A DNA stretch of 64,000 nucleotides from Octopus vulgaris (lineage: Eukaryota): positions 5,766,001 to 5,830,000 of the forward strand of contig OX597822.1 of assembly GCA_951406725.2 (NCBI GenBank). The letters are read 5' to 3'. Below are positions 1 to 10,995 of this stretch, one piece after another. Both the position numbers and the translations under genes were made by a program. Below the pieces are notes generated by a model. That model was not told where the DNA came from. It saw only the letters and a program-made list of their open reading frames with translations, and searched no databases. How positions within the stretch are numbered: position 1 is the first letter of the stretch; the number at the start of each line of letters is the position of its first letter.

Positions 1-440
1 TGCACTGAGCATCAAAATGCCAACACCATGACTGTTCTGTGAATACTTTAAAAGCTGTAAAACATGACATGGACATCATTAAAAAACCAAGTTCTCTCAA
101 ACTATAATGATCTTGGGTGTGTTTCCAGTGAAGTTGATGTCATGCTGCCCTCCATTTTTGCACCAGGCCTTAGGCTCAACAATCAGTGGGGCATGGGCAA
201 GAAAGACACTGATCTTTCTGCCAGGAACACCAAGGCCAAGGTGGTAGCCAAAATCAAAGAGGTGTCTGAAGATCTTTCTAAAGATACAGCAAGGTGCATA
301 TGTGCTGGGTGGCAGCTGAGAGCAACTACTTTGCGTAAACTGTTATCTCCCAGCCATAATCTAGTTGATATTTTTTGACTTTTCAAAATACTCTTATTTT
401 TGGATGAGTGGAGGCAAAGTAGCTGAGTTCCTTTTGAGCA
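1..440 (+). mobile_element. Internally deleted Tc1/mariner-superfamily (maT/DD37D-like) transposon remnant
   Basis: Across frameshifts it reads KTKFSQTIMILGCVSSEVDVMLPSIFAPGLRLN, then jumps to WGMGKKDTDLSARNTKAKVVAKIKEVSEDLSKDTARCIC and AAESNYFA* (stop 336-338). These resemble maT-like transposase motifs with the catalytic middle deleted. The likely right end is cut by an RTE tail at about 440. Confidence 0.55.
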
Positions 441-735
441 TTGGGCTTCACAGAGGCAATGACCGAGACCTTTGGCATTATGTCGTGCTTGAGAAGAAGA
501 CCCATCAAACTGAGCAAAATCACAGTCATTGCAGATTCTGGTGTCATGCAAATGGCACCCATGCCAGTGGCACATAAAAGCACCCATTAACTCTCGGAGT
601 GGTTGGCATTAGGAAAACCATGCCAAATCAGACTGGAGTCTGGTGCAGCCTTCTTGCTTATCAGCTCCAGTCAAACCATCCAACCCATGCCAGCATGGAC
701 AATGGACGTTAAATGATGATGATGTTGATGATGAT
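436..735 (+). mobile_element. RTE-clade LINE 3' end (ORF C-terminus, 3' UTR, (GAT)n tail)
   Basis: Encodes ...DRDLWHYVVLEK, matching the ORF ends at 20293 and 55346. Ends CCAACCCATGCCAGCATGG...ACGTTAAATGATGATGATG. Confidence 0.8.
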
Positions 736-737
736 AT

Positions 738-1327
738 TGTGTTTTCTTTTTCCTCTGCTCTCCCCGTTCATCTACATGCCACGGTCTCGAATGCGTACAC
801 GTGGATGTAGCCACGACCAATGCCAGCAGTCGCGAGATCCACGCGGTTGATACAGCGACATGGTCTGACCCGTCAATTCACGTGTAAACTTACGAGTGAA
901 CTTACGGGTCGGACCATGCTGAATAGTCACACTCTAGGTAACCGTTGCACCCCAAGGGGGTTTAGACTATATTAAGGGGTAGCAGCCGGCAGGTGTATGT
1001 CTCCGGTATCGGTTGGCATGATGCTGGAGACGTCAGCCAAAGATGCCGTCAGCCCGGCAGGTGGCCGCTGCCTTCATGTCACCTTGCTTTCCCCATTTGT
1101 CTACGCGCCGCGGGGCCACTAGAGACAGTCGCCCGGAGCTCCACCGCGCTACTGTGCCCGATATTGTAAGAATGAACCGAAGCTCGCGGTGTCACCCACG
1201 TACATGTGGACGTAGCCGTGACCGATACCGGCAGTCACCGAGAGGCTGTCGCAAAGTCAACACAGCGACATGGTCCATCCCGTAAATTCCCGTAAAACTG
1301 TCAAATTTAGCCTGAACACTTTGTACA
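738..1327. other. CpG-rich ~590-bp insert with TG...CA ends; possible solo LTR
   Basis: Sharp GC/CpG-rich island in AT-rich DNA. Starts TGTG, ends TACA. Has an internal ~100-bp direct repeat (~795-890 vs ~1199-1299), a 23-bp-arm hairpin at 859-918 and a TATA-like TATATTAAG near 968. No exact TSD. Confidence 0.35.
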
Positions 1328-1689
1328 TATATATCGATATTTAATTACTGTTTTCCATGCTGGCATGTTTTGGTTGGTTTGAGAGGAGTTGGCAAGCCAG
1401 AGAGCTGCACCAGGGTCCAGTTGACTGTTTTGGCATGGTCTCTACTGCTGGATGCCCTTCCTAATACCAACACTTTTTAAAGAGTACTGGGTATATTTTA
1501 CATGGCATTAGCACTTGTGCTTTTTAGGTGGTACCTTCACCAGTGCCTTTTACATGGTATTTTCACCAGTGCTTTTTATGTGGTGGGTTATTTCCAGTTT
1601 CCACCTTAGAAATTGACTCCATACACTTATGCCATTGCCTATATATACATATATATACATATATATATCAAAGATCAAAAGTGTTTTCT

Positions 1690-1929
1690 GAGCCATAGGC
1701 TCATAAGGCTTGTTTCCCAGATTCTGTGGAATATATATCCCCACCTCTCTATCCCTGATGGGATGCCAGTCTGTCACAGGATTACTCCTTTTCGGCATCT
1801 GAGTGGGATAGAACAATATGAAAGGAAGTGGTTTGCTCAAGAACACAATGTATTGCCCAGTCTAGGAATTGAAACCACAGTCTTATGATCATAAGTGCAA
1901 CATCCTAACCACTAAACTGCAGGCTTCCA
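1690..1929 (-). mobile_element. tRNA-derived SINE, V-domain-like family (degenerate)
   Basis: Minus strand: TTAGTGGTTAGG head, B-box GGTTTCAATTCC, then GTGTTCTTGAGCAAA and ACAGACTGGCATCCCATCAGGG. Relatives at 28600-28831 (-), 15195-15390 (+) and ~38080-38250 (+). Confidence 0.6.
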
Positions 1930-2214
1930 TAAGCTCACACACACACACCTATATAATAGGCATAGGCATATATAGTATGTATAACATATATAATAGGCAC
2001 AAACATAAATAGGTGCATGCACAGCCGTAGGGGTACAAGTATGACTATAAGCACATGCATAGATGTGTGGTTAAGAAGTTCGTTTTGGAACAACATGATT
2101 AGGAGTTCAGTTCCCACTGTATGAACATTGTAAACTAATGTTTGATATTACAGTCAGGAGTTGACCATTATCTTGTAAATGAAATTGGTGGACAAAATCT
2201 GAAGAAGTCTGATG

Positions 2215-2274
<60 letters not shown>

Positions 2275-2566
2275 TATATACATATATATGTGTATGCGTG
2301 TATGTGTGTGTATTTAATGTATTAGATAAGAAGATGGTCAGAACAGACTTTAATTACAAAACGCAGCAATGTGCAGTAGCTGAGTTTTCCATATCATGTT
2401 GTTAAAGTTCTGTTCATTCAATCTTCGAGTTTAATGAAATCTTATACGAATTCTGTCTACACTGATGGAGTTCCAAATGTATCTTTAGTAAAAAGAGTAA
2501 CCCCGCAGTACGATGGCATATGACAGCTGATAACCATACAGGTACCTTTAAATGCACATTATAGGG

Positions 2567-2601
<35 letters not shown>

Positions 2602-2606
<5 letters not shown>

Positions 2607-2785
2607 ACGTAAAAAGCACCATCCGTTCGTGGCCGTTTGCCAGCTCTGTCTGGCACCTGTGCGGGTGGCACGTAAAAAGCACCCACTACACTCACGGAGT
2701 GGTTGGCGTTAGGAAGGGCATCCAGCCATAGAAACTCTGCCAGATTTGACTGGGCCTGATGAAGCCTTCTGGCTTCACAGACCCA
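2602..2785 (+). mobile_element. RTE 3' UTR fragment next to (TA)n
   Basis: Near-identical to 20690-20875. Begins directly after a (TA)n run. Confidence 0.8.
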
Positions 2786-2904
2786 AGTGTGTGCGTATGT
2801 ATAAAGTCAGCAAGTTGAGCTTAGCAGCATATTTTCCTTACTTTCTGAGTTAAAGTTCCACTGAGATTGGCTTTGTCTTTCATCCTTTTGGGGTCAATTA
2901 AATA

Positions 2905-3005
2905 TATGTATGTATGGATGTATGCATGTATGGATGTATGTATGTATGGATGTATGGATGGATGTATGTATGTATGGATGGATGGATGTATGGATGGATG
3001 TATGT

Positions 3006-3036
<31 letters not shown>

Positions 3037-3045
3037 TGTGTGTGT
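2905..3045. repeat. (GTAT)/(GGAT) tetranucleotide microsatellite
   Basis: Read directly from the sequence. Confidence 0.95.
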
Positions 3046-3539
3046 GGGTGTTTGATTTTTCCTTGTCATTATATGCTTGGTTTTCTGTTAGTAAATGCAG
3101 CCTCACTATCTAATACAGGTGGTATTATATGCATATGGCGAATCACAAACGCATGTTCACGCTTCCTGACATGCCTTGATATGTTGTTTGGTCTTTGTAA
3201 GAAGTAAAAAGACAGAGGCTTGCTTTGTTGCTATATGGACCAGAGGAATTATCATCATGCTTGGACACAGGTGAGGGTTTGCAACAGGAAAGGCATCCGT
3301 CCATAGAAAACAGGCCTCAACTAATACTGTCCAACTCATATAAGCATGTAAAAGTGGATGTTAAAAGAATGCTGATGATGAGGATAACGATGATGATGAT
3401 GATGATGATGGGGATGATGATGATGATGATGATGATGAGGATGATGATACATAGCTTTCAAGACTAAAGAGGCTTTCAACTGAAAGGCAGAATTGTAGTG
3501 AGGGGGATGCTGTATGTGAGGTGTTGAGGGATTAATATA

Positions 3540-4180
3540 TATGATGGAATGAACAAAACAATAGAAAGTATTGAACAGACATTGATGAATTACAAAAAGC
3601 CAAAAACAGTTCAGATGCACCAAAAAACTCTATCTTTAATAACCAAACACAGCCCAAGAAACATGGAAATATTCAGCATTATCCATCAGAGCCAAGACTC
3701 AAGAATGAAAAAGTTGCTTGAATCAAAAAAAATATTAAATGTGAAAGACATTCAAAAGCCAAAAAGACCTACTTAGCAATGTGATACTACCTACAATGGA
3801 CTCAAATCCAGCAGTTAAAATGTGTGGCTGATCTAATTGAGGAACAACCTTATTGAGAACATAGCTTATACATTTAAATCGAGACAAGTTTTTACTGTAG
3901 AAAACCATTTTACTTCTTCAAAAATTTTATATGGGGAAGATTATATAGGACAAACTAAACTCACTTTAAGAATGAGGCTAACAATTCATTGTCAACAGAT
4001 ATGAAATATTAGGTCTAGACAAGTTCCACTAAGTGAACATCTGGATGCATGCAATGAAACTAGATCTCATAAATTTCTTGTCTTCTCATCTTATCAACAT
4101 GCAGACAGTACCATAGATCAAACAAGAATAAATAAGGAAAATTAGTTTGTTAGAAAATGCAAGCCATGACTGAATAGGTT
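3540..4180 (+). mobile_element. Decayed Penelope-like retroelement (post-RT linker and GIY-YIG endonuclease)
   Basis: From 3933: GEDYIGQTKLTLRMRLTIHCQQI*NIRSRQVPLSEHLDAC...TRINKEN*FVRKCKP*LN, the YIG-T / R-H / E / LN pattern of the PLE GIY-YIG domain. The upstream ORF 3549-3776 has LSLITKHSPRN, like the PLE linker. Contains in-frame stops. Confidence 0.75.
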
Positions 4181-5165
4181 ATACAAAACATCAGTAATAC
4201 ATGATTCACCTTTTCTTATGAATTAATTATTGTAGAAATATATGTATGTTTATTTGCACTTGTTCTTAAGAAAAACAAAATTCATGTAGCAGCTATCATC
4301 TACTTTATTTCTTCCACACCTCATTATCTTGCCCCACACCTTGTTAACAAAGAAGAGACATATTTTAATGAGAGTGAACTAGCACTAATTGATAACCTTA
4401 TTCTTTGACAAAATAATGAACAATAACTATCTGTAACACTTTTATCTCAACAATGATTATATTTTTAAAAATTTAAGTTTCAGACTTTATTACTTTTGAC
4501 ATAAAACGATAGAGAAAACACAGTAAATTAGACATCACTTATTCATATCTCTCTTTTCTAGCTCTCATATGACATATTCAAAGGGAAAAAAAACCAACTT
4601 TTATGTGATCTTCGTGTGTGATTGTCACATAAGCTTAATACGTAAATGTTGACCTGTCAATTTATGTGTCAATGGCCAACAGAGTGAGCCACAGTCTTTC
4701 TTTAGAAACAAACAGTTTTTATAACACCTGCCAGATAAATTCTTCACTCCTTAAGCTGATGTTTGTGATAATTGACTATAAAATTGTAAATATTGTCCCT
4801 CATCCTACTGGCAATGCTTTACCAATCCTTACACAATTGTCAACATCTTTTGTGGTAAGAATGTACCCTTCCGATTCTTATTAACCCCCAACTTATTCCT
4901 CTTGAAACGTTTTTGTGTTGCTATGTATCTATATTGTACCATGTATGTTTAGAAATATTTATTTTCATGTACAATGGTGATCATGTTGCTTGCTCTCCGA
5001 TGTTTTCTTGTATCCTATTTTTCAGAAAAAGCCCATAGGAACACAGTGTGACTTGATAATATGAAAAATCAATTGGAAAATTAATTTTGCATTACAGAAT
5101 TTTATGTTACAGCCAGAATACCAGAATATCAAGAATACATTGCTTCTCTAAATGAAGGATTTCTA

Positions 5166-5200
<35 letters not shown>

Positions 5201-5259
5201 CTATCTGTGTGTGTGTGTGTGTGTGCATGTATGAATGTATGTATATATGCATATAATAA

Positions 5260-5651
5260 TATTTTATAACTGTACAGTTTATAAGCGATCACTGTGCATT
5301 GACTAAGGTAGTCTAATATTGGGGCATATAAGACCTTGGTGGAAAAAAAGTAGGGTTTTCTGTATGTGTGACAAATGTGCTACCATTACAACAATGTACC
5401 CTTGGCTTTTTTCTGTCAAATATAAGAACTATAATTTCATAGTGTTGTTTTATAAACAAACATACATGTGCCAGGGGTATGTTGGTGTAATGGTAGTACA
5501 CTTGTCGTGAAAACATAGTGGTGTGGTTTCAAGTCCCATGTGTACAGAAAACCCTACTTTTTTTCCATCGAGGGATTATATGCCACAGTATTAGACTATT
5601 TACCTTAGTCAATGCATGGTGATTGCTTATAAGCTTCGAGCTTATAAAATA
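5260..5651. mobile_element. Foldback/MITE-like palindrome with an internal tRNA-like sequence
   Basis: Arms 5260-5365 and 5543-5651 are inverted complements, with inner arms 5370-5407 and 5470-5506. A-box TGGTGTAATGG at 5483 and B-box-like GGTTTCAAGTCC at 5525. Confidence 0.7.
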
Positions 5652-5690
5652 CTAGCATTAAAGACCCGTCGTTGCCGGGTCATAGTGCTA
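5652..5690 (-). mobile_element. Helitron-type 3' end (hairpin plus CTAG)
   Basis: A|CTAG at 5652 and GC hairpin GACCCG-TCGTTGC-CGGGTC at 5663-5681, the same layout as the Helitron ends at 21664-21692 and 43818. Confidence 0.5.
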
Positions 5691-5789
5691 GTGCATGTAT
5701 ATATGTGTATGTATATGTGTACATATTACATGTACATCTATATATATACATCTACACATAAAATACAAAATACAAAGTTATATCTTGAT

Positions 5790-6195
5790 ATCGCTAGTGA
5801 TAACAATACTCAAAATATATAACAGACTGGAATTGTTAGCCCGTCTCTTGTAATTTCGATCAATTGTATCTTGTCCTCCCTCTTGTATAGAAGTGTGGCT
5901 ACAATCCAGCCTACCTCTACTTCTGGGGAGGGAGGCATTAATTTTTTTTCCGGGACGTCCTACGTCCCAGATATAAAGGTAAAATTAAAATATTTCCACT
6001 TTGCAAGTTCGAGTCGAGTACTCCCTTGCACACTCCATTGACTCGAACCTTGCTTCTATTGTGGCGAATTTACCGCCTCTGATTAGATATCTTTCATAGT
6101 CATACCAAGACACTTTTTGAAGGTGCTTTCCTCCATGTGTTCAAATCTTCTTTTTTCTCTACATTGTATACTTTATAGACAATAGTCTTTTCTTT
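5790..6195 (-). pseudogene. Frameshifted coding-like remnant, possibly LINE ORF1/gag-like
   Basis: Minus-strand pieces KTIVYKVYNVEK / RYLIRGGKFATIEARFESMECAREYST / LILPLYLGRRTSR / PEVEVGWIVATLLY look like one decayed protein, with an RRM-like ORF1 pattern. Family assignment is from recall and unverified. Confidence 0.35.
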
Positions 6196-6281
6196 AATTT
6201 AATTTTTTATTATCCATCTGGACTATTCCATTTCTGCATGCTAATTTTATTTTTAATTTATTCCCATTTATATGGGAATAG

Positions 6282-7592
6282 TTAGCCTTCCATTGACATT
6301 GCTGCACCTCTTATGTGTCCATAGCTTACACTTGGTGCATCCTATAGAGTTTCTACCTACGCCTTTTCTACAGATCGAGCAGGCATTTGTGATTTGTCTA
6401 CCTTCCTACTTATTAGGACTTTGGTTTTAGCTAGGTTGACTCTAAGGCCCTTCGATTCTAATCCTTCCTTCCACACCTGAAACTTCTCCTCCAGTTCTAA
6501 TAGTGACTCAGCAAATAGAGCAATTAGCGCATAGAGGAGCTCCCAGGGGCATCCCATCTTGAATTCCTCCGTTATTGCCTGGAGGACTATGATAAATAGG
6601 AGGGGGCTGAGGACTGAACCTTGGTGGACCCCTACCTCTACTCAGAATTCTTCACTGTACTCATTGCCAACCCTCACTTTACAAGCAACGTCCCTGTACA
6701 TGGCTCGCACAGCTCTCACTAACCATTCATCTATCCCTAGTTTCCTCATTGACCACCAGATAAGGGATCGGGGGACCCTGTCGAAGGCTTTCTCCATATC
6801 AACAAAAGCCAGGTACAGGGGCTTATCTTTGGCTAGGTATTTCTCCTGCATCTGCCTTACCAGGAATATAGCATCAGTGGTACTCTTCCCTGGCACGAAA
6901 CCAAACTGCATCTTATCTAAACTAACTCTCTCTTTCTTATTAGTTGGGCTATGACCCTCTCCGTAACCTTCATTACCTGATCCAACAGCTTGATACTTCT
7001 GTAATTATTTGTATCTAGGGCGTCACCTTTACCTTTGTAGCAGTTGACTATTATGCTGTTACACCAGTCATTGGGTATGACTCCTTCGTGTATCACCTGA
7101 TTAACTATACGGGTGACTAGGCTATAGCCGACACTACCAGATATTTTGAGCATATCTGCAGTGATTCTTGATGGACCTGGGGCTTTCCCTGTCTTCATGC
7201 TTCTAATTGCCTTAACTACCAAGGAACTGTCAACTCGGATAGCTGGTCCCTCTGTTGGGTCAACATTCGGCAGACTCTCTTTGTCCCATTCATTTTCTTT
7301 ATTCAGCAACCTTTCATAGTGGCGTTTCCAAGCCTCTCTCTTTGCATCCTCATTTAGTGCAAGTGGGCCATCATCCATGTGAACACACTTCTCTCCTACC
7401 ACATCACGATTCTCTCTCCCACACTGTCTTGCAACACGAAATACCTCAAGTCTTTGGTCCTCATGGCGCAGAACATTGGCAAATTTTTTCTTATCTGCTT
7501 CCCCTCTGGCTAAATAGACCTGTCTCCTAGCTTCCCTTTTGGCAGTCTGATACAATTCCCTGCTACCACCATTTTCCCAGTCCTTCCAAGCC
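6282..7592 (-). mobile_element. RTE-clade LINE fragment, reverse transcriptase domain (inactive)
   Basis: ORFs 6917-7555 (KAPGP, DW..SIIVNCYKGKGD, NYRSIKLL), 6642-6911 (QFGFVPGKSTTDAIF, AFVDMEKAFDRV) and 6357-6557 (ELLYA-L with the catalytic YADD aspartates lost; GLRVNLAKTK). Frameshifted. Confidence 0.92.
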
Positions 7593-7654
7593 TATATATG
7601 TTAACCAATTTATTTTGCAAGATTCCTGATGCGAAATCGTGTGTTGAAACAGAT

Positions 7655-7887
7655 ATTGCATTTTGGGCTGGTCATTTTGTTTTTCACCAAATAAACACAC
7701 ACACTCTGTATTTGTTCTTCACTTGTTTATTACTGTTCTTATCTTCTATTTTGACTCATGTCCATTGTCCAGAAATCTTTCATCACACATCTGTGACCTA
7801 TTTAGCAATGCTTTTCTTTTTTTGCTCCAGTTACTTCATTTTGTTCTAACATGAGTATCCTTATGTGCGCATACACTTGCGTCTGTA

Positions 7888-7972
<85 letters not shown>

Positions 7973-9410
7973 TTGTGTGTGTCACTGTTCTTAGCAGCAG
8001 TATGGCCTTCCCCTCAGCTACATCCTCTCACCCCATTGTGCTGCTGCTGTCCTAAGACCCCAACATTTGGTACAGTTCCTGTATCTCTCTGTATCTGTGT
8101 GTTCACTCAGGGTGTTGCCATCATGGCAGTTGTTGCTATTGTCATTGATATCACTGCTGCTGCTGCTGCTGCTGCTGCTGTCATTGTTATTCATGTTATT
8201 GATATTGTTGTGGCCGTCTGTGAAGTTTCTTGTGCGTGTGGATTTGCTTCATATGCTGTTTGTAGCCATACTCATTATATGGATTTATGTCTATTGTGTG
8301 TGTATTACCCTGTGTCCGTGTATTATTTACGATTTTTTCCTCTCTCTTCTCTTCCCTTCTGTCTTTAGTTATGTGGTGTGGTGGTGAGTATTACTGTTCC
8401 ATTAGTGTTTACTATTGAGGCTTGGTCTGTCTACTGCTATGTGTGTAGCCTCTGTGATCTGTCTAAGTGTCATGTCAGTTCTCTGTGTCAAAACAGAAGA
8501 TACAGGACACACAAAGCAGTAGACAGTCTGAGCCTCAACAGAAAATATGAATGAACCAGTAACCCCCACCACTACACCACATAACTAAAGACAGAATGGA
8601 TGAGAAGACAGGGGAAAAAAAATCATAAATAATACACAGACAATAGGTATATATGCACTGACCTGTGATACATACAAAGAGTAGAGATAGATATATAAAA
8701 ATAAAAATAGATATATCAAATAAATAAATAGATAAATAAATATATATATTTGTCACATACCTGTGATAAATATAAAACAATAAAGTTATATAAAATATAA
8801 ATAATAAATAAATAAATCCATATAATGGGCATGGATACAGACAACATATGAAGTGAATCCATGCACACACACAAACACACACACAAGAAATTTCACAACA
8901 GCTACAACAATATCAATAGCACAATTAACAATGACAGCAACAGTAGCGGTAACAACAATGGCAATAACAACACCATTGGCAAACACACAAACACAGAGAG
9001 ATGCAGGAACTGTACCAAATTTTTGGGTCTTAGGATGCCAGTAGTGCAATGGGGTGAGGCTATGCGGCTGAAGGGAAGGCCATACAGCTGCTACGAACAG
9101 TGACATACACACAAGCATATACACATATGCACACACACACACACATACAAACATGGATGCAAACACATGAGCACATAAAGATACACATCTTAGAAGAACA
9201 GAATGGAGTAATTAAAGCAAGAGCACATATGAAAATGAAAAGTGTCGCTGTAGAGGTCACAGATGTGTGATGAAAGTTTTCTGGACAATGGACATGGGTC
9301 AAAATTGGAAAAAAAGAACAGTAATAAACGAGTGAAGAACATATATATAGTGTGTGTGTTTATTTGGTGGAAAAAAAATGACCATCCCGAAATACAACAA
9401 TATTTGTATA
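7655..9410. repeat. Large diverged inverted repeat (arms ~7655-8405 and ~8550-9410)
   Basis: Collinear reverse-complement blocks such as CATGTCCATTGTCCAGAAA / TTTCTGGACAATGGACATG and TTTGGTACAGTTCCTG / CAGGAACTGTACCAAA. Similar translations on opposite strands (7865-8368 + vs 8786-9166 -). Confidence 0.85.
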
Positions 9411-9464
9411 TATATATATATTTGTATATAGATATATTGATATATATATACATATATATATATT

Positions 9465-9505
<41 letters not shown>

Positions 9506-9552
9506 CAATCAATATATCTATATCTATATCTATCTAATTATCTATATATATA

Positions 9553-9606
<54 letters not shown>

Positions 9607-9610
<4 letters not shown>

Positions 9611-9710
9611 CCTGCTCGCTTAGCCAGTGGGGTGGTGTCATTCGAAGGCTAAAACAATGCAAACGCATTGTGATCAGCGATGTGTAACAACATCTGATGG
9701 TCTGGTCGGT

Positions 9711-9717
<7 letters not shown>
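9607..9717 (+). mobile_element. 3' half of SINE family C
   Basis: Matches the 3' part of the full copy at 40336-40641 and ends GGTCACGTGATA. Embedded in (TA)n. Confidence 0.8.
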
Positions 9718-9754
<37 letters not shown>

Positions 9755-9755
9755 G

Positions 9756-9972
9756 TACTTGTTTCAGTCATTTGACTGCGGCCATGCTGGAGCACCGCCT
9801 TTTAGAGTGGTGAAAGAGTACAGCAGGGATCACCACCTCCTGCCGGAGCCTCGTGGAGCTTTTAGGTGTTTTTTTCGCTCAATAAACACACACAACGCCC
9901 GGTCTGGGAATCGAAACCGCGATCCTCCGACCGCAAGTCCGCTGCCCTAACCACTAGGCCATTGCGCCTCCA
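9756..9972 (-). mobile_element. Chimeric SINE: family C tRNA head fused to family A 3' tail
   Basis: 9972-9805 is the family C head (GGAGGCGCAATGGCCTAGTGGTTAGG...GGTTTCGATTCCC). 9804-9756 is the family A tail (CTAAAGGCGGTGCTCCAGCATGGCCGCAGTCAAATGACTGAAACAAGTA). Confidence 0.75.
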
Positions 9973-10203
9973 CATATATATATATATATATATATATAAG
10001 GGGAAGTCAAAAATTATATATATATATATAGTTTATAGGTTAGAGACGGGTTTTCTCTATATAGAACATATATATATATGGCTAAACAAGTGTGAAGCAT
10101 GAAAAGGGAGTAGATATGTTATGGCAAATGTGTGGATAATTTTTTACTTCTCCTTGTCACCCATACCAACATGGAAGGTCGAAATTAAGTGATGATGATG
10201 AAG

Positions 10204-10236
<33 letters not shown>

Positions 10237-10249
10237 CATATATATGTAT

Positions 10250-10820
10250 CATTAATTAAAATCTTAGGGTAGCAAGAATATTTATTGAAAAATTCTTAGT
10301 TACCAGTGGTCTGGCAAGAAAGGAAAAATTAGTCAATAGACTATATATTATTCAGAGAATAATACAGTGTACATTCAAACACAAAAGAGATACCCGACGA
10401 ATAGGATATCTGACTCACTAGAAAGAGCAGTTAAAACTCAAAGCCACAAATTGTTGTAATCCCGAAAGTGATTGAAAAATAAAAAAACTTTTACCTTAAT
10501 CCTAGACCCTGCAAGGTTTCTGCAGACTTAAATACAGATTGAAATAAAATAATCTCAGTCTTGCTCATTTATAGCTCCATGTCTATGCGTTCAGTCTTGG
10601 CAATCTACTGAGGACGCAGCGCCAGATATAGGCCGAAGTTATTTTATTTCAATCTGTATTTAAGTCTGCAGAAACCTTGCAGGGTCTAGGATAAGGGTAA
10701 AAGTTTTTTTTACTTTTCAATCACTTTCGGAATTACAACAATTGGTAGCTTGGAGTTTTAACTGCTCTTTCTAGCGAGTCAGATATCCTACTCTTCGGGT
10801 ATCTCTTTTATGTTTGAATT
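10250..10820. mobile_element. Non-coding Penelope-pLTR/retrozyme-like element with ~180-bp inverted arms
   Basis: Arms 10373-10552 and 10639-10819 are inverted complements. The left part is homologous to 11985-12230. TA-rich runs on both sides. Contains a hammerhead. Confidence 0.7.
10604..10690 (+). ncRNA. Type I hammerhead ribozyme (extended stem II)
   Basis: TCTA-CTGAGGA(10608-10614)-cGCAG...CTGCa-GAAA(10671)-CCTTGCAGG-GTC|TAGG. Stem III ACCTTGCAGGGT is near-palindromic. Predicted cleavage after C10686. Stem I is short (4 bp) and the stem II closing pair is a C-A mismatch. Confidence 0.65.
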
Positions 10821-10840
10821 TTTTATATATATATATATAT

Positions 10841-10995
10841 ATATTAGAGGGAAAAGGACAACAAAAACCAAGGCAGGACAGGTGTCTCAAGTCATTTAAA
10901 ATATCTAATTGCCTTTTAAATATTCTAATTAATTATTCTAATTTACTTGAGTTGCCTGTCCTGCCTTGGTTTCTGTTGTCCTTTTCTCCTAATAT
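10841..10995. repeat. ~50-bp-arm hairpin next to (TA)n
   Basis: GAAAAGGACAACAAAAACCAAGGCAGGACAGG...CTCAAGT pairs with ACTTGAG...CCTGTCCTGCCTTGGTTTCTGTTGTCCTTTTC. Confidence 0.85.

Noticed and set aside
4750-4915. CTGATGT...GAAACGTT downstream of the Penelope remnant
   Set aside because: The core is mutated and there is no stem I or II complementarity. At best a dead pLTR ribozyme.
7621-7670. CTGATGC...GAAACAGATATTG, hammerhead-like
   Set aside because: Core A9 is missing and stem I cannot be paired.
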